From a virus, in IMG/VR virus record IMGVR_UViG_3300021138_000019, positions 10,033 to 74,032 of that record: a stretch of DNA of 64,000 bases; one strand, written 5' to 3'. The translations under genes were made by a program, and so were the position numbers. Below the pieces are notes generated by a model, which saw nothing but the letters and a program-made list of their open reading frames with translations, was not told the origin of the DNA and did no database searches. Shown here in pieces: positions 49,580-59,696 of the stretch (positions are counted from its first letter, which is position 1; every line of letters begins with the position of its first letter).

Positions 49580-50347
49580 TTTTTCAATATACTCTAAGAT
49601 CTCCCTCTTTCTCAATTCCTCTAATTTATATTGATTAGTGTGTTGAAAAAGACTGGGATATCTTTTTTGTGCATCATGTGCAATATAAGCGAAAACGCAA
49701 CTCATTGAAAATATTATAACAAGTAATACACCACCAAAATACGCATCGGCTCGTAGATGTTGCATAAAGATAGCCTTTCTTCTTGCATCCGCCGCTTCCA
49801 TTTTCATTTTTCTAGCGATGAGAATTTTTTCTTGTTCCCCAAGCTCCTCCATCATTTTATTCACATCAGTCCACAAAGCACCAAGTTCAGGCGGACTTTG
49901 ATAAACTACTAGCTCACGCAAATCAACACTCATTTGCTGTAATTTCTTTTTCATTAAGACTCGTTGCAACGCACGTTTACCTAAACTGGCGTCACCTTCA
50001 TAAATATGAGTTTTTGCATACTTTTCTTCCTCAGCTAAAACGGTTTGGCATTTATAAAATGCGTCAAAAAATTCACCGAGCCTTTCACCAATTTCAGAAT
50101 AAATATCATCAGTATCCCCACCTTTTTTGTTTAACTCAATTATTTCATTTTTCTTTTCGATTAATTGTTTTCGTTGTTCATTCGTTGCAGGTTTATCTTT
50201 ATGGTGGTCGTGGAACTGCTTATCAAGATCGTCAAGAACTTCTTTTACGTTCCCTGCCGCACCTTTGATATCTTTGTAGAGTTGACAACCTTTTTTGACA
50301 GCCGCAACAGCGGCATTCGCCATAGCGAATAATGTTATTGGATCCAT
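49541..50347 (-). CDS. hypothetical coiled-coil protein with C-terminal TM segment
   Basis: 268 aa, MDPITLFAMANAAVAAVK N-terminus, hydrophobic segment near the C-terminus. Confidence 0.7.
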   Translation of the reverse strand: MDPITLFAMANAAVAAVKKGCQLYKDIKGAAGNVKEVLDDLDKQFHDHHKDKPATNEQRKQLIEKKNEIIELNKKGGDTDDIYSEIGERLGEFFDAFYKCQTVLAEEEKYAKTHIYEGDASLGKRALQRVLMKKKLQQMSVDLRELVVYQSPPELGALWTDVNKMMEELGEQEKILIARKMKMEAADARRKAIFMQHLRADAYFGGVLLVIIFSMSCVFAYIAHDAQKRYPSLFQHTNQYKLEELRKREILEYIEKSKKPIFESPKED

Positions 50348-50410
50348 TTAAAGAGTTATAATTACCAGACATTAATAATCAAATTTCATGGTAAAGATAA
50401 CAAGAACTGC

Positions 50411-50439
50411 TTGACAGTTCAGACGATTTCATATATAAT
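50411..50439 (+). promoter_or_regulatory. consensus sigma70 promoter for tRNA-Gly and the gp43 operon
   Basis: TTGACA-17bp-TATAAT. Confidence 0.9.
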
Positions 50440-50458
50440 AGACAATCTATCTATTTAT

Positions 50459-50532
50459 GCGTGGTTAGTTTAATGGTAGAATTAGAGCCTTCCAAGCTCA
50501 AGACAAGGGTTCGATTCCCTTACCACGCTCCA
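50459..50532 (+). tRNA. tRNA-Gly(TCC)
   Basis: GCGTGGT/ACCACGC, GAGC-ctTCCaa-GCTC, CCA. Confidence 0.92.
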
Positions 50533-50548
50533 ACATTATAAGGTTATT

Positions 50549-50863
50549 ATGAGTATACAAGTTTTGAAATTAGTGACAGGTGAAGAAGTTCTTGGTGATA
50601 TAGAAAGATTGTCACCAATATCTCATTATAAAGTTAAAAATCCGGTAGGCATCTCAATTGTTCGTGGTAAAGATGGACAACCAAACATCGGATTTTCACC
50701 GTTTCCACTACATGCGGAACAAATAAAAGATTCAACTATTGACATCCCAAGTACATCCATAGTATACTCATACACACCAGCACAAGATTTTATTGACAAC
50801 TATAATCAAGTATTTGGTTCAGGTATCGTATTACCAAAACAGAAAGAAATTATTCTAGGATGA
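50549..50863 (+). CDS. conserved hypothetical protein upstream of gp43
   Basis: LKLVTGEEVL...YNQVFGSGIVLP. Confidence 0.65.
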   Translation: MSIQVLKLVTGEEVLGDIERLSPISHYKVKNPVGISIVRGKDGQPNIGFSPFPLHAEQIKDSTIDIPSTSIVYSYTPAQDFIDNYNQVFGSGIVLPKQKEIILG

Positions 50864-52149
50864 ACTTCTACACAAGCGTTCACGTTATCGGCAATAACGT
50901 AATGTTTCGAGGTATTAGAAATGGTAAAAGAGTTAAACAAAGAATTGAATACTCGCCATCTCTATATCTTGAAACAAAAAAAGATTCCAAATACAAAAGT
51001 CTGCAAGGTCTAAACTTAGAGCAAAGAAAATTCGAAACTATCCGTGATGCTAGAGACTTTCTAGACAATTGGCGAGATGTTTCTAATGCGCCTAAGATAT
51101 ATGGTCAGGCTCGTTTCGAATATGCATATATCACAGACCATTATCCTGATCTGATTGATTATGACTTTGAACAGTTAAGAGTTGCCGTAATTGATATCGA
51201 GGTCGGTTCAGAGAATGGCTTTCCTGACCCATACGAAGCGACAGAACCCATCACAGCGATTTGTATTCAATGGGTCAATGGTAAGACTTATGTGTTTGGT
51301 TGTGGCGACTATGAAACTAAAGGTAACGAAATCTATGTGAAGTGTAAAGATGAATACGAACTTTGCAAAAAATTCGTAATGCTATGGGCTGAAGACCCGC
51401 CAGATATTCTATCCGGCTGGTACATGAAAGACTTTGATGTGCCTTATCTCGTCAATCGGTTTAGGCGTATTGTGGGGGATGATTTCGCAAAACAATTATC
51501 CCCATGGAACATAATCAAAGAACGCAAAACTATTATTAACGGTAAACAAGTTCTTTATTATGAACTTCTTGGAGTTTCCTGTTTAGATTACATTGATTTA
51601 TATAAGTGGTATGCTCCTAACGGTAAGTCGCAAGAAAATTATCGCTTAGAAACTATTGCTCAAGTTGAATTGGGTGAAGGTAAGTTATCATATGATGAAT
51701 ATGATAATCTTCACACATTGTATAGGCTCGACTATCAAAAATTCATAGAGTACAACATCAAAGACGTTGGTCTTGTAATGAGACTTGAAGAGAAGTTGAA
51801 GTTACTTGAACTTGCCATTTCTTTGACATATGATACAAAATCAAATTACGATGATGTGTTTGCACAGACTCGTATGTGGGATGCATTAACTTATTCTTAC
51901 CTAAAAGAGAAAGATATCATTGTACCGCCACGTATCGTCAAAGATAAGAACATGGCATTTGAAGGTGCTTATGTAAAAGAACCGCAAGTAGGTTTCCATG
52001 AATATGTTGTGTCATTCGATTTGAATTCTCTGTATCCTCACCTTATGATGCAGTATTCCATAAGTCCTGAAAACCTTGTGGAAAGAAGTTATATTTCCGA
52101 AAGAAAACAAAAACTGATTGAGGAGTTAAAGTTGAGAAACACTAAATAA
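50860..52149 (+). CDS. gp43: family B DNA polymerase gp43, N-terminal part (exonuclease + motif A)
   Basis: IDIEV, FDVPYL, YNIKDV exonuclease motifs; SFDLNSLYP. Confidence 0.95.
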   Translation: MNFYTSVHVIGNNVMFRGIRNGKRVKQRIEYSPSLYLETKKDSKYKSLQGLNLEQRKFETIRDARDFLDNWRDVSNAPKIYGQARFEYAYITDHYPDLIDYDFEQLRVAVIDIEVGSENGFPDPYEATEPITAICIQWVNGKTYVFGCGDYETKGNEIYVKCKDEYELCKKFVMLWAEDPPDILSGWYMKDFDVPYLVNRFRRIVGDDFAKQLSPWNIIKERKTIINGKQVLYYELLGVSCLDYIDLYKWYAPNGKSQENYRLETIAQVELGEGKLSYDEYDNLHTLYRLDYQKFIEYNIKDVGLVMRLEEKLKLLELAISLTYDTKSNYDDVFAQTRMWDALTYSYLKEKDIIVPPRIVKDKNMAFEGAYVKEPQVGFHEYVVSFDLNSLYPHLMMQYSISPENLVERSYISERKQKLIEELKLRNTK

Positions 52150-52178
52150 GTAGATGTGGTTACTTATTAGGAGAATCA

Positions 52179-52712
52179 ATGAAATATAATATCACTAAGG
52201 ATAAACTCTTTGAACTATTCATTATCAAAAATATGAGAAGGAATGAGGTAGCTGAATACTTTGGTTGTTCGGATGCCAACATAAAAAAATACCTAAAAAA
52301 ATTTGACATTAAGAAGCCTTTTGATTTAGAATGTAAGAATAAAGAACGAAAGTCTTTATTAAATTGTTTGCATTGTGGTAAAGAATATGAAACGCAGAAG
52401 TTTCGGACCGAAAGTGAGAAATATGATTCAAAATATTGTAGTTATTCGTGTGCTCAAAAAAGTAGGTATTTGGGTGAAGAACATAAACGTAGAATTAGAA
52501 ATGAAATTGCCGCAAGGCGCAGAGCAAGAATACGGAATCAAACTCCAAAATTAAGTAAAAAGGAAAAGAAGAAATTGCAGGAATATTATTTGATTTGTCC
52601 TAAAGGACACGAAGTGGACCATATACAGCCTATTGCAAAAGGCGGTTTACATCATCCTGATAATTTACAAATATTAACTAGAACTGAAAATAGAAAAAAG
52701 TGGTGTAAATAA
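52179..52712 (+). mobile_element. free-standing HNH homing endonuclease splitting gp43
   Basis: N-terminal HTH, CxxC...YCSxxC zinc site, EVDHIQP...GGLHHPDNLQIL...N. Confidence 0.9.
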
Positions 52713-54082
52713 TGTTTTGTGATATAAAAAATATGACAACTGAAGAACTTGAAAAAGAGCTTCAGGCTATAGAATTGTTTGAACAAGAAATTGGTAAAGT
52801 CAATGTTAATAATATGTTGAGCAAATCTATTGATACCTCATTTCTGGTTCCAATGAAATGTACACTCACACCTAACGGACAGTTGTTCAGAACCGACCAA
52901 CAAGGCTTCTTACCTAAGATGTTGGAAGAAATGTATGAAGATAGAAAGAAGTTTAAGAAACTATATCTACAAGCAAAACAGGATTACGAAAATGAAACAG
53001 ATGAAAGCGCCAAATACGAAATTGAAAAACGAATCTCCAAGTTCAATAACTTACAACTAGCAAAGAAAGTTGGTCTTAACTCTGCATATGGTGCTCTCGG
53101 TTCTCAATATTTTAGGTTCTTTGACCTTAGATTGGCTCTTGGTGTAACTACGGCTGGTCAATTGAGTATTCGTTGGATTCAAAATAAGATAAACGATTAC
53201 ATGAATAATCTGTTAAAAACCGAAACTGATTATGTAATTGCATCCGATACGGATTCAATTTATTTAAGACTTGGTGAATTAGTAAATAAAGTTTATGGTG
53301 TTAATGGTAAAGTTTCTATACCAATAACAAAGGTAATTGACTTTATGGATAAAGTTTGTAATGATAAACTTGAACCTTACATTGAGAAGTCCTATAAAGA
53401 ATTAGGCGACTATATGCAAGTATTCAAGCAAAAGATGCAAATGAAACGAGAGTCACTTGCCGATAAAGGTATGTGGACTGCTAAGAAACGTTATATTCTT
53501 AATGTATATGACAATGAAGGTGTTAGATATAATGAGCCAGACCTTAAGATTATGGGTCTTGAAGTTATTAAATCATCCACACCATCCGCTATTCGAGTTA
53601 AAATGAAAGAAATGATCTCATTAATAATGAAAGGTACCGAGAAAGATATTCAAAAGTTTATCAAAGACTTTAAGAGAGAATTCAAATCAATGCCCCCTGA
53701 AGAAATTTCTTTTCCTAGAGGTGTTAACGGTATAAGAAACTATTCTAATTCTGGTAGTATGTTATACATCAAAGGTACGCCAATTCATGTTAAGGGTGCA
53801 ATTCTATACAATCATTATCTGAAAGAAATGAAACTTACCAAAAAGTATGAATTAATTAAAGAAGGTGAAAAGATTAAGTTTACATACCTAAAAGAACCCA
53901 ATCCATTTAAAGATTCGGTAATATCATTTCCAAATCGTATTCCAACCGAGTTTGGGCTTGACAAGTATATAGATTATGAGTTACAATTCGAGAAAACATT
54001 CTTAGCACCAATGCAAACAATTTTAGATTGTGTTGGTTGGAAAGCAGAGAAAGTTAATACACTAGAAGGATTTTTTAAATGA
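52712..54082 (+). CDS. gp43: family B DNA polymerase gp43, C-terminal part (fingers, palm, thumb)
   Basis: KKVGLNSAYG motif B, SDTDSIY motif C, KKRY, C-terminal LEGFF clamp-binding peptide. Confidence 0.95.
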   Translation: MFCDIKNMTTEELEKELQAIELFEQEIGKVNVNNMLSKSIDTSFLVPMKCTLTPNGQLFRTDQQGFLPKMLEEMYEDRKKFKKLYLQAKQDYENETDESAKYEIEKRISKFNNLQLAKKVGLNSAYGALGSQYFRFFDLRLALGVTTAGQLSIRWIQNKINDYMNNLLKTETDYVIASDTDSIYLRLGELVNKVYGVNGKVSIPITKVIDFMDKVCNDKLEPYIEKSYKELGDYMQVFKQKMQMKRESLADKGMWTAKKRYILNVYDNEGVRYNEPDLKIMGLEVIKSSTPSAIRVKMKEMISLIMKGTEKDIQKFIKDFKREFKSMPPEEISFPRGVNGIRNYSNSGSMLYIKGTPIHVKGAILYNHYLKEMKLTKKYELIKEGEKIKFTYLKEPNPFKDSVISFPNRIPTEFGLDKYIDYELQFEKTFLAPMQTILDCVGWKAEKVNTLEGFFK

Positions 54083-55077
54083 TTTTCTTAACACTACTTA
54101 CCGCATTAGGCTTATCTGGTGTTGCGGCTTATTATTCAGTAATAGGACTTACTGCAATTTTTCCTGGTTCGTATTGGCCTATTATTATAATGGGTTCAAT
54201 ATTTGAAGTTGCTAAATTAGTAACGATTTCATGGACTTATAGAAACTGGGAAACTGCACCAAGAAGTCTTAAAGCGCCTTTCATAACAGCAGTTGTTATT
54301 TTGATGTTCATTACATCAATGGGAATTTTTGGATATTTGTCAAAAGCACACTTAGAACATTCAGCGGATACTGCACCACTATCAGATAAAGTTGCAATGT
54401 TGGATGAAAAAATTAAAACTGAAAAGGAGAATATAGATGGCAATCGTAAGATTCTCAAACAACTTGATGATGGTGTTGACCAGGTTTTGGTACGATCCTC
54501 GGATGAAAAGGGGGCGGATAAAGCGGTCGCCATTCGCAAAGCCCAACAGAAAGACCGTAGCCGCATTAGCCAAGAGATTCAAGAGTCACAGAAATCCATT
54601 AATGCACTTAACGAAGAAAGAGCACCTCTTAATGTGGCGTTACAGAAGGCAGAATCAGACTTTGGTCCAATTAAATACATTGCAGAATTAATATATGGTT
54701 CTGGTAATAGAGACGTAATTGATAAAGCAGTCAGACTTGTAATCATGCTAATTATGATTGTTTTTGATCCTTTAGCAGTATTACTTTTAATTGCCGCTAA
54801 CAAGTCAATAAAAGAACGAGGCGACGTTGACATAGCAGTTAAAAAAAGTTTTGATGATATTCATTCTAAAGTAAAAGAACTTGAAGAAGAACCGGAACCA
54901 ACATTACCAGAAATCAAAGAAATGCCTATAGACTTAAAACCAGTAGAAACAACAGTTCAAGTCGAAAAAGAAAACATAGCAAATATAACATCTCCTGGAG
55001 TTTCAACAACTACATACGATTATACAGTTCCTTTTGCATTTGAAAAAGCAAAAGATATAGCATCCGGTAAATTTTAA
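54079..55077 (+). CDS. membrane protein with coiled coil
   Basis: Three N-terminal TM segments, SMGIFGYLSKAH, coiled coil, VFDPLAVLLLIAAN. Confidence 0.75.
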   Translation: MIFLTLLTALGLSGVAAYYSVIGLTAIFPGSYWPIIIMGSIFEVAKLVTISWTYRNWETAPRSLKAPFITAVVILMFITSMGIFGYLSKAHLEHSADTAPLSDKVAMLDEKIKTEKENIDGNRKILKQLDDGVDQVLVRSSDEKGADKAVAIRKAQQKDRSRISQEIQESQKSINALNEERAPLNVALQKAESDFGPIKYIAELIYGSGNRDVIDKAVRLVIMLIMIVFDPLAVLLLIAANKSIKERGDVDIAVKKSFDDIHSKVKELEEEPEPTLPEIKEMPIDLKPVETTVQVEKENIANITSPGVSTTTYDYTVPFAFEKAKDIASGKF

Positions 55078-55086
55078 AGGTAAATT

Positions 55087-56157
55087 ATGAGTATACTTGA
55101 AAAACTAAAGAAAAATAGCAGTATCAAAGAATCAGCGATACTTTCAAAATCGAAGTTCTTTACAGAAAAGGACATGATCCCGACAGCAATACCTATCATT
55201 AATGTTGCACTTAGTGGAGCACTTGATGGTGGTTTAACACCTGGTCTTACAATGTGGGCAGGCCCATCAAAACACTTTAAGACGGCTTTTTCTCTTTTGA
55301 TGGCAAAATCGTACCTAGACAAATATGAAGATTCGGCACTCTTATTTTATGATAGTGAATTTGGTACTCCTCAGTCTTATTTTGATTCATTTGGTATCGA
55401 TACTAATCGGGTTTTACATACACCACTTACGGACATTGAACAGTTAAAAATTGATGTGATGCAACAACTTAAAGAGTTGGATCGCAAAGACCATTTGATT
55501 ATTGTAATTGATTCAATTGGGAATCTTGCATCTATCAAAGAAGTCAATGATGCACTAGAAGGTAAAACAGTTGCCGATATGTCAAGAGCAAAAGCAGTAA
55601 AATCATTGTTTAGAATGGTAACACCCCATTTGACAATGAAAGATATACCAATGATCGTTGTAAATCATACTTACAAAGAAATTGGTATGTTTCCTAAAGA
55701 CATTGTAGGTGGGGGAACAGGAAGTTATTACTCGGCCGATAACATCTTCATTCTTGGTAGACAACAAGAGAAAGAAGGTACTGAAATCGTAGGCTATAAT
55801 TTCATTATCAATGTTGAAAAGAGTCGTTATGTTAAAGAGAAATCTAAAATACCTGTTAGCGTATCTTTTGATGGTGGTATTAGTAAGTGGTCTGGTTTGC
55901 TTGATATTGCCCTCGAATCTGGTCATGTAGTAAAACCTTCTAATGGATGGTATTCTAAAGTTGACAATGATGGTGTTGTTGGAGACAAAAAATACCGAAT
56001 TAAAGAGACCGATACAAAAGAGTTTTGGGTACCGATTCTAAAGAACAAAACTTTTTCCGATTACATCAAAAAGAAATACCAAATATCAACTGGTAATATT
56101 ATGCGTGGAGATATTGAAGAAGCCTTTGAAGTTGAAACAACTAATGGTGCTGAATGA
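55087..56157 (+). CDS. uvsX: RecA-like recombinase UvsX
   Basis: GPSKHFKT, FYDSEFG, DSIGNLAS, GGTG. Confidence 0.96.
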   Translation: MSILEKLKKNSSIKESAILSKSKFFTEKDMIPTAIPIINVALSGALDGGLTPGLTMWAGPSKHFKTAFSLLMAKSYLDKYEDSALLFYDSEFGTPQSYFDSFGIDTNRVLHTPLTDIEQLKIDVMQQLKELDRKDHLIIVIDSIGNLASIKEVNDALEGKTVADMSRAKAVKSLFRMVTPHLTMKDIPMIVVNHTYKEIGMFPKDIVGGGTGSYYSADNIFILGRQQEKEGTEIVGYNFIINVEKSRYVKEKSKIPVSVSFDGGISKWSGLLDIALESGHVVKPSNGWYSKVDNDGVVGDKKYRIKETDTKEFWVPILKNKTFSDYIKKKYQISTGNIMRGDIEEAFEVETTNGAE

Positions 56158-56474
56158 TAGAAGGCATTGATTACTGTTTCATCTATTCTAAAGATGACAA
56201 TACATTAACCAATATCAAACTTTTAGAAGGTGAATATCAGGGCACCGTCTTTAAGTTTGGTAAGGTAAAAATAAAGGAAGAAATAGACGGACCCCATTTA
56301 CATTTTGCTTTCGATGTGTTAGAATCAACAGTTAAGAAGCCTAAAAAACTACAAAATGATGTTAATTTCAAACAGTATCTTGGTGACCTATTAGTAGAAT
56401 TAATGACGGATAATATTGACGAGGAAATAATTGATGAGACTAGAACAGACGATATTAAGGAACCTAATTTATAA
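56154..56474 (+). CDS. hypothetical protein (gp40 position)
   Basis: Between uvsX and gp41. Confidence 0.55.
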   Translation: MIEGIDYCFIYSKDDNTLTNIKLLEGEYQGTVFKFGKVKIKEEIDGPHLHFAFDVLESTVKKPKKLQNDVNFKQYLGDLLVELMTDNIDEEIIDETRTDDIKEPNL

Positions 56475-57804
56475 TGAAGAGTACATTCGCAAGGTACTCC
56501 CTTTCCTCAAAGATGAATACTTCTCAGATTCGATTGAGAGAACCATTTTCAAAGAACTTGGTGCATTTATTTCAAGATACAATACTACACCGACGATTGA
56601 GGCAATTGGATTGGCCATCAAAGAAAGGAGAAATCTTACGGATGTTGAAGTGGAAAAGTCCGAGTCTTATCTCCAAGAGATTGCATTGGCTAAGGGAGAA
56701 GAATCCAAGATTCAATGGCTTATTGAAAAAACAGAATCATTTTGCCAAGAACGGGCGATATACAATGCAGTATTGGGGTCTATTTCTATATTGGACGGTA
56801 AGGACAAAACAAACGACAAAGGTTCAATTCCCAAGATATTATCAGATGCCTTATCGGTAAGTTTTGATAATTCTATTGGGCATGATTACTTAGAGAACTC
56901 GGATGAACGATATGAATTCTATCACAGAAAAGAAGAAAGAATACCATTTGACTTGGACATGTTTAACAAGATTACAAAAGGCGGTCTTCCTATTAAAACT
57001 CTCAACATTGCTCTTGCTGGTACTGGTGTGGGTAAATCTCTTTTTATGTGTCATTGTGCCGCTGGAAATATGTCGATGGGTAGAAATGTTCTTTATATCA
57101 CTATGGAAATGGCTGAAGAACGTATTGCAGAAAGAATAGATGCAAACTTATTGAATGTTACTCTTGATGATTTACTAGATTTACCAAAAGAAACTTATGA
57201 TAGAAAAGTTGCAAGTCTTAAAAGTAAAGTAACCGGTAAACTTATCATTAAAGAATATCCAACTGCCTCTGCATCATCACTACACTTTAGGACTTTATTG
57301 AATGAACTTAATCTTAAAAAATCATTTGTTCCTGATATTATCTATATTGATTATCTTAATATTTGCTGTTCATCAAGAATTAAAGCCGGTAGCAACATTA
57401 ATTCCTATACCTACGTTAAATCCATCGCTGAAGAGTTGCGAGGTCTTGCAGTCGAGTTCGGAGTTCCAATTGTATCTGCGACTCAAACAACAAGATCAGG
57501 TTATGGAAGTTCCGACCCAGGACTCGAAGATACAAGTGAAAGTTTTGGTTTGCCCGCTACTGCTGACATGATGTTTGCTTTGATTAGTTCTGAAGAACTT
57601 GAAGGTCTTGGTCAGATAATGGTAAAACAATTGAAGAATCGATATACAGATCCATCACAATTCAAAAGATTTGTTGTTGGTATTGACAAACCTAAAATGA
57701 GACTATACGATATTGATGATTCGGGTCAAAGCGGTATCATCGATTCCGGTATGCCATTTAAATCAGAAAGTCCTAAAAAGAAGTTCGAAGGTTTTAAGGT
57801 ATAA
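56434..57804 (+). CDS. gp41: replicative helicase gp41
   Basis: AGTGVGKS, ITMEMAEE, IDYLNIC, SESFGLPATAD, KQLKNRY. Confidence 0.96.
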   Translation: MRLEQTILRNLIYNEEYIRKVLPFLKDEYFSDSIERTIFKELGAFISRYNTTPTIEAIGLAIKERRNLTDVEVEKSESYLQEIALAKGEESKIQWLIEKTESFCQERAIYNAVLGSISILDGKDKTNDKGSIPKILSDALSVSFDNSIGHDYLENSDERYEFYHRKEERIPFDLDMFNKITKGGLPIKTLNIALAGTGVGKSLFMCHCAAGNMSMGRNVLYITMEMAEERIAERIDANLLNVTLDDLLDLPKETYDRKVASLKSKVTGKLIIKEYPTASASSLHFRTLLNELNLKKSFVPDIIYIDYLNICCSSRIKAGSNINSYTYVKSIAEELRGLAVEFGVPIVSATQTTRSGYGSSDPGLEDTSESFGLPATADMMFALISSEELEGLGQIMVKQLKNRYTDPSQFKRFVVGIDKPKMRLYDIDDSGQSGIIDSGMPFKSESPKKKFEGFKV

Positions 57805-57825
57805 ATATTACTTTTAAGGAAAAAA

Positions 57826-58107
57826 ATGCCGTTATCCGATTTTGATAAAATTTTACAAGAGTATAAAGACTCTGATGATGATTTTGGTTTCTCTACCGTT
57901 AGTAAAGAAGAATATGATGCAGTTGTAAGTAATACAAAAGCACAGACAGTTGAAGACTATCAAAAGAAATTAAAAGAACTTGAAAAAATTATAATACCTT
58001 TTTTAAACAAGCTACATAGTACAGGAGATAAAGAATATATCTTCTGGCCTAATCGCAAACCAATTATTGAAGAACAGGTAAAGAGAATCCTACAACTAAC
58101 TAGATAA
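57826..58107 (+). CDS. hypothetical late protein
   Basis: TATAAATA at 57800-57807, AAGGA RBS; DDFGFS, YIFWPNR. Confidence 0.65.
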   Translation: MPLSDFDKILQEYKDSDDDFGFSTVSKEEYDAVVSNTKAQTVEDYQKKLKELEKIIIPFLNKLHSTGDKEYIFWPNRKPIIEEQVKRILQLTR

Positions 58108-58111
58108 TATT

Positions 58112-58843
58112 ATGAAACCTTTGATCACAATTATCACCCCGACAACGGGTGCATCTTGCGTTAAACAGGCAATAGCCTCAGTTCAAACTCAAACATACGA
58201 CAACATTCAACATATCGTTGTAGTTGATGGACCAACCGAGCAAAACGATATTCTTGATGATGCACTTGAAGGTGCATATGTCGATTTAATTAAATTGCCC
58301 TATGCAACAGGAAAAGATCAATATAATGGTCATAGAATATATGGAGCAATGTCTTATATTGCAAAAGGTGATTTTTTATGTTTCTTAGACCAAGATAATT
58401 GGTTTGAAAAAGATCATATAGAAGAACTTGTTAAAGTAATTAATGCCGGTAATCAATGGGCTTATACACTACGTAGAATTGTCGATCAAGAGGGACGATT
58501 TATCTGTAATGATGACTGTGAGTCTCTCGGTAAATGGACTTCTGTTATAAATGATAATTTCATTGATGTGAATTGTTACATGATACCTAAACAGGCCGCT
58601 TTAGGGTTTTCACCTTATTGGTATCGTAGAGCAAGACACCCACAAGAACAACCAGAAGTAGATAGAATACTTTCACCGTTTATGATGCAAAACTTTAAAA
58701 ATTTCGATCATACATATGAGTATACAGTAAATTATAGGGTTGCAAGTAGAGCAGATTCCGTGCAGGGAGAGTTCTTCTTAAAAGGAAATGAAGTTATGAT
58801 TAACAAATATGAAGGAAAATTGCCATGGCGAAAACAGATTTAA
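58112..58843 (+). CDS. family 2 glycosyltransferase
   Basis: ITIITPT, SVQTQTY, VVVDG, FLDQDN. Confidence 0.85.
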   Translation: MKPLITIITPTTGASCVKQAIASVQTQTYDNIQHIVVVDGPTEQNDILDDALEGAYVDLIKLPYATGKDQYNGHRIYGAMSYIAKGDFLCFLDQDNWFEKDHIEELVKVINAGNQWAYTLRRIVDQEGRFICNDDCESLGKWTSVINDNFIDVNCYMIPKQAALGFSPYWYRRARHPQEQPEVDRILSPFMMQNFKNFDHTYEYTVNYRVASRADSVQGEFFLKGNEVMINKYEGKLPWRKQI

Positions 58844-59694
58844 TTATTGGTGCGTTTAGAGGCTATAACTATAGACAAGTTGAACCTTGGGTTAAGTCAC
58901 TAAATGAATGCGGATTTGAAGGCTCAAAAGTAATCATCTCAATCAATTCATCGAAAGAAACAAATAATAAACTGAAAGATGCCGGTTTAATCGTATTGCA
59001 AAACAATACACCTAATGGTATGATGTTCCATATGGAACGCTTCTTACATATCTACGACTATTTAAAAAGCCAAGGCAATAATTATCGATATGTTTTAACA
59101 ACAGATGTGCGTGACGTAATTTTTCAAACAGATCCTATGAAAGATATAGAACTGCGTTTAGAAGAATCTAAATTAAATTATATTGCGGTATCTGAAAGTA
59201 TACATATTGAGAATGAGCCATGGAACAAAGATAACATTATCAAATGTTTTAGTGATTATACTTATAATACAATTAAAAACTCTGAAGTTTATAATGTAGG
59301 AACTCTTGCTGGTACTTCTGCCGAAATTAGAGACTTATGTGCAATGCTATTTCATATGTCATCTAATCGTGCAGATTGGGTTGCAGACCAAGCGGCGTAT
59401 AATGTAATAATGAATCTAGAACCGTACCATGGTAAAACATATTTCTCAGATTTGGATGATGGCTTTTCTTGCAACCTGCATGTAACAAATAAACCAGACC
59501 AAATGGATCAATTCGGTCAGTTCTTAACTTGTGTAAGACCTGAAATGAATAAAGACTCGGTTATTGTAAGTGGTAAAACCAAAATACCGTATTCAATCGT
59601 ACACCAATACGATAGAGTACCTGATTGGAAAAAAGAAATGTTGAAAAAACTCAATGTTGAAGATGAGACTGAATTTTTTACTTATAAGGTATAG
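58825..59694 (+). CDS. GT-A glycosyltransferase-like protein
   Basis: TTDVRDVIFQ, YNVG, DQAAYN, HQYDR. Confidence 0.7.
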   Translation: MAKTDLIIGAFRGYNYRQVEPWVKSLNECGFEGSKVIISINSSKETNNKLKDAGLIVLQNNTPNGMMFHMERFLHIYDYLKSQGNNYRYVLTTDVRDVIFQTDPMKDIELRLEESKLNYIAVSESIHIENEPWNKDNIIKCFSDYTYNTIKNSEVYNVGTLAGTSAEIRDLCAMLFHMSSNRADWVADQAAYNVIMNLEPYHGKTYFSDLDDGFSCNLHVTNKPDQMDQFGQFLTCVRPEMNKDSVIVSGKTKIPYSIVHQYDRVPDWKKEMLKKLNVEDETEFFTYKV

Positions 59695-59696
59695 AT

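Noticed and set aside
52100-52800. Group I intron or split intein in gp43
   Set aside because: Almost no non-coding sequence for a ribozyme core; no Cys/Ser-start N-intein or His-Asn-ending C-intein motifs.
54437-54691. GC-richer patch with overlapping ORFs in the membrane protein gene
   Set aside because: Short, with no convincing RBS or motif; could be a recombined segment, but the evidence is too weak.
56474-57571. Alternative-frame ORFs inside gp41 (and similar shadow ORFs in gp18, gp23, gp46 and fibre genes)
   Set aside because: No RBS or recognisable motifs; expected by-products of codon bias.
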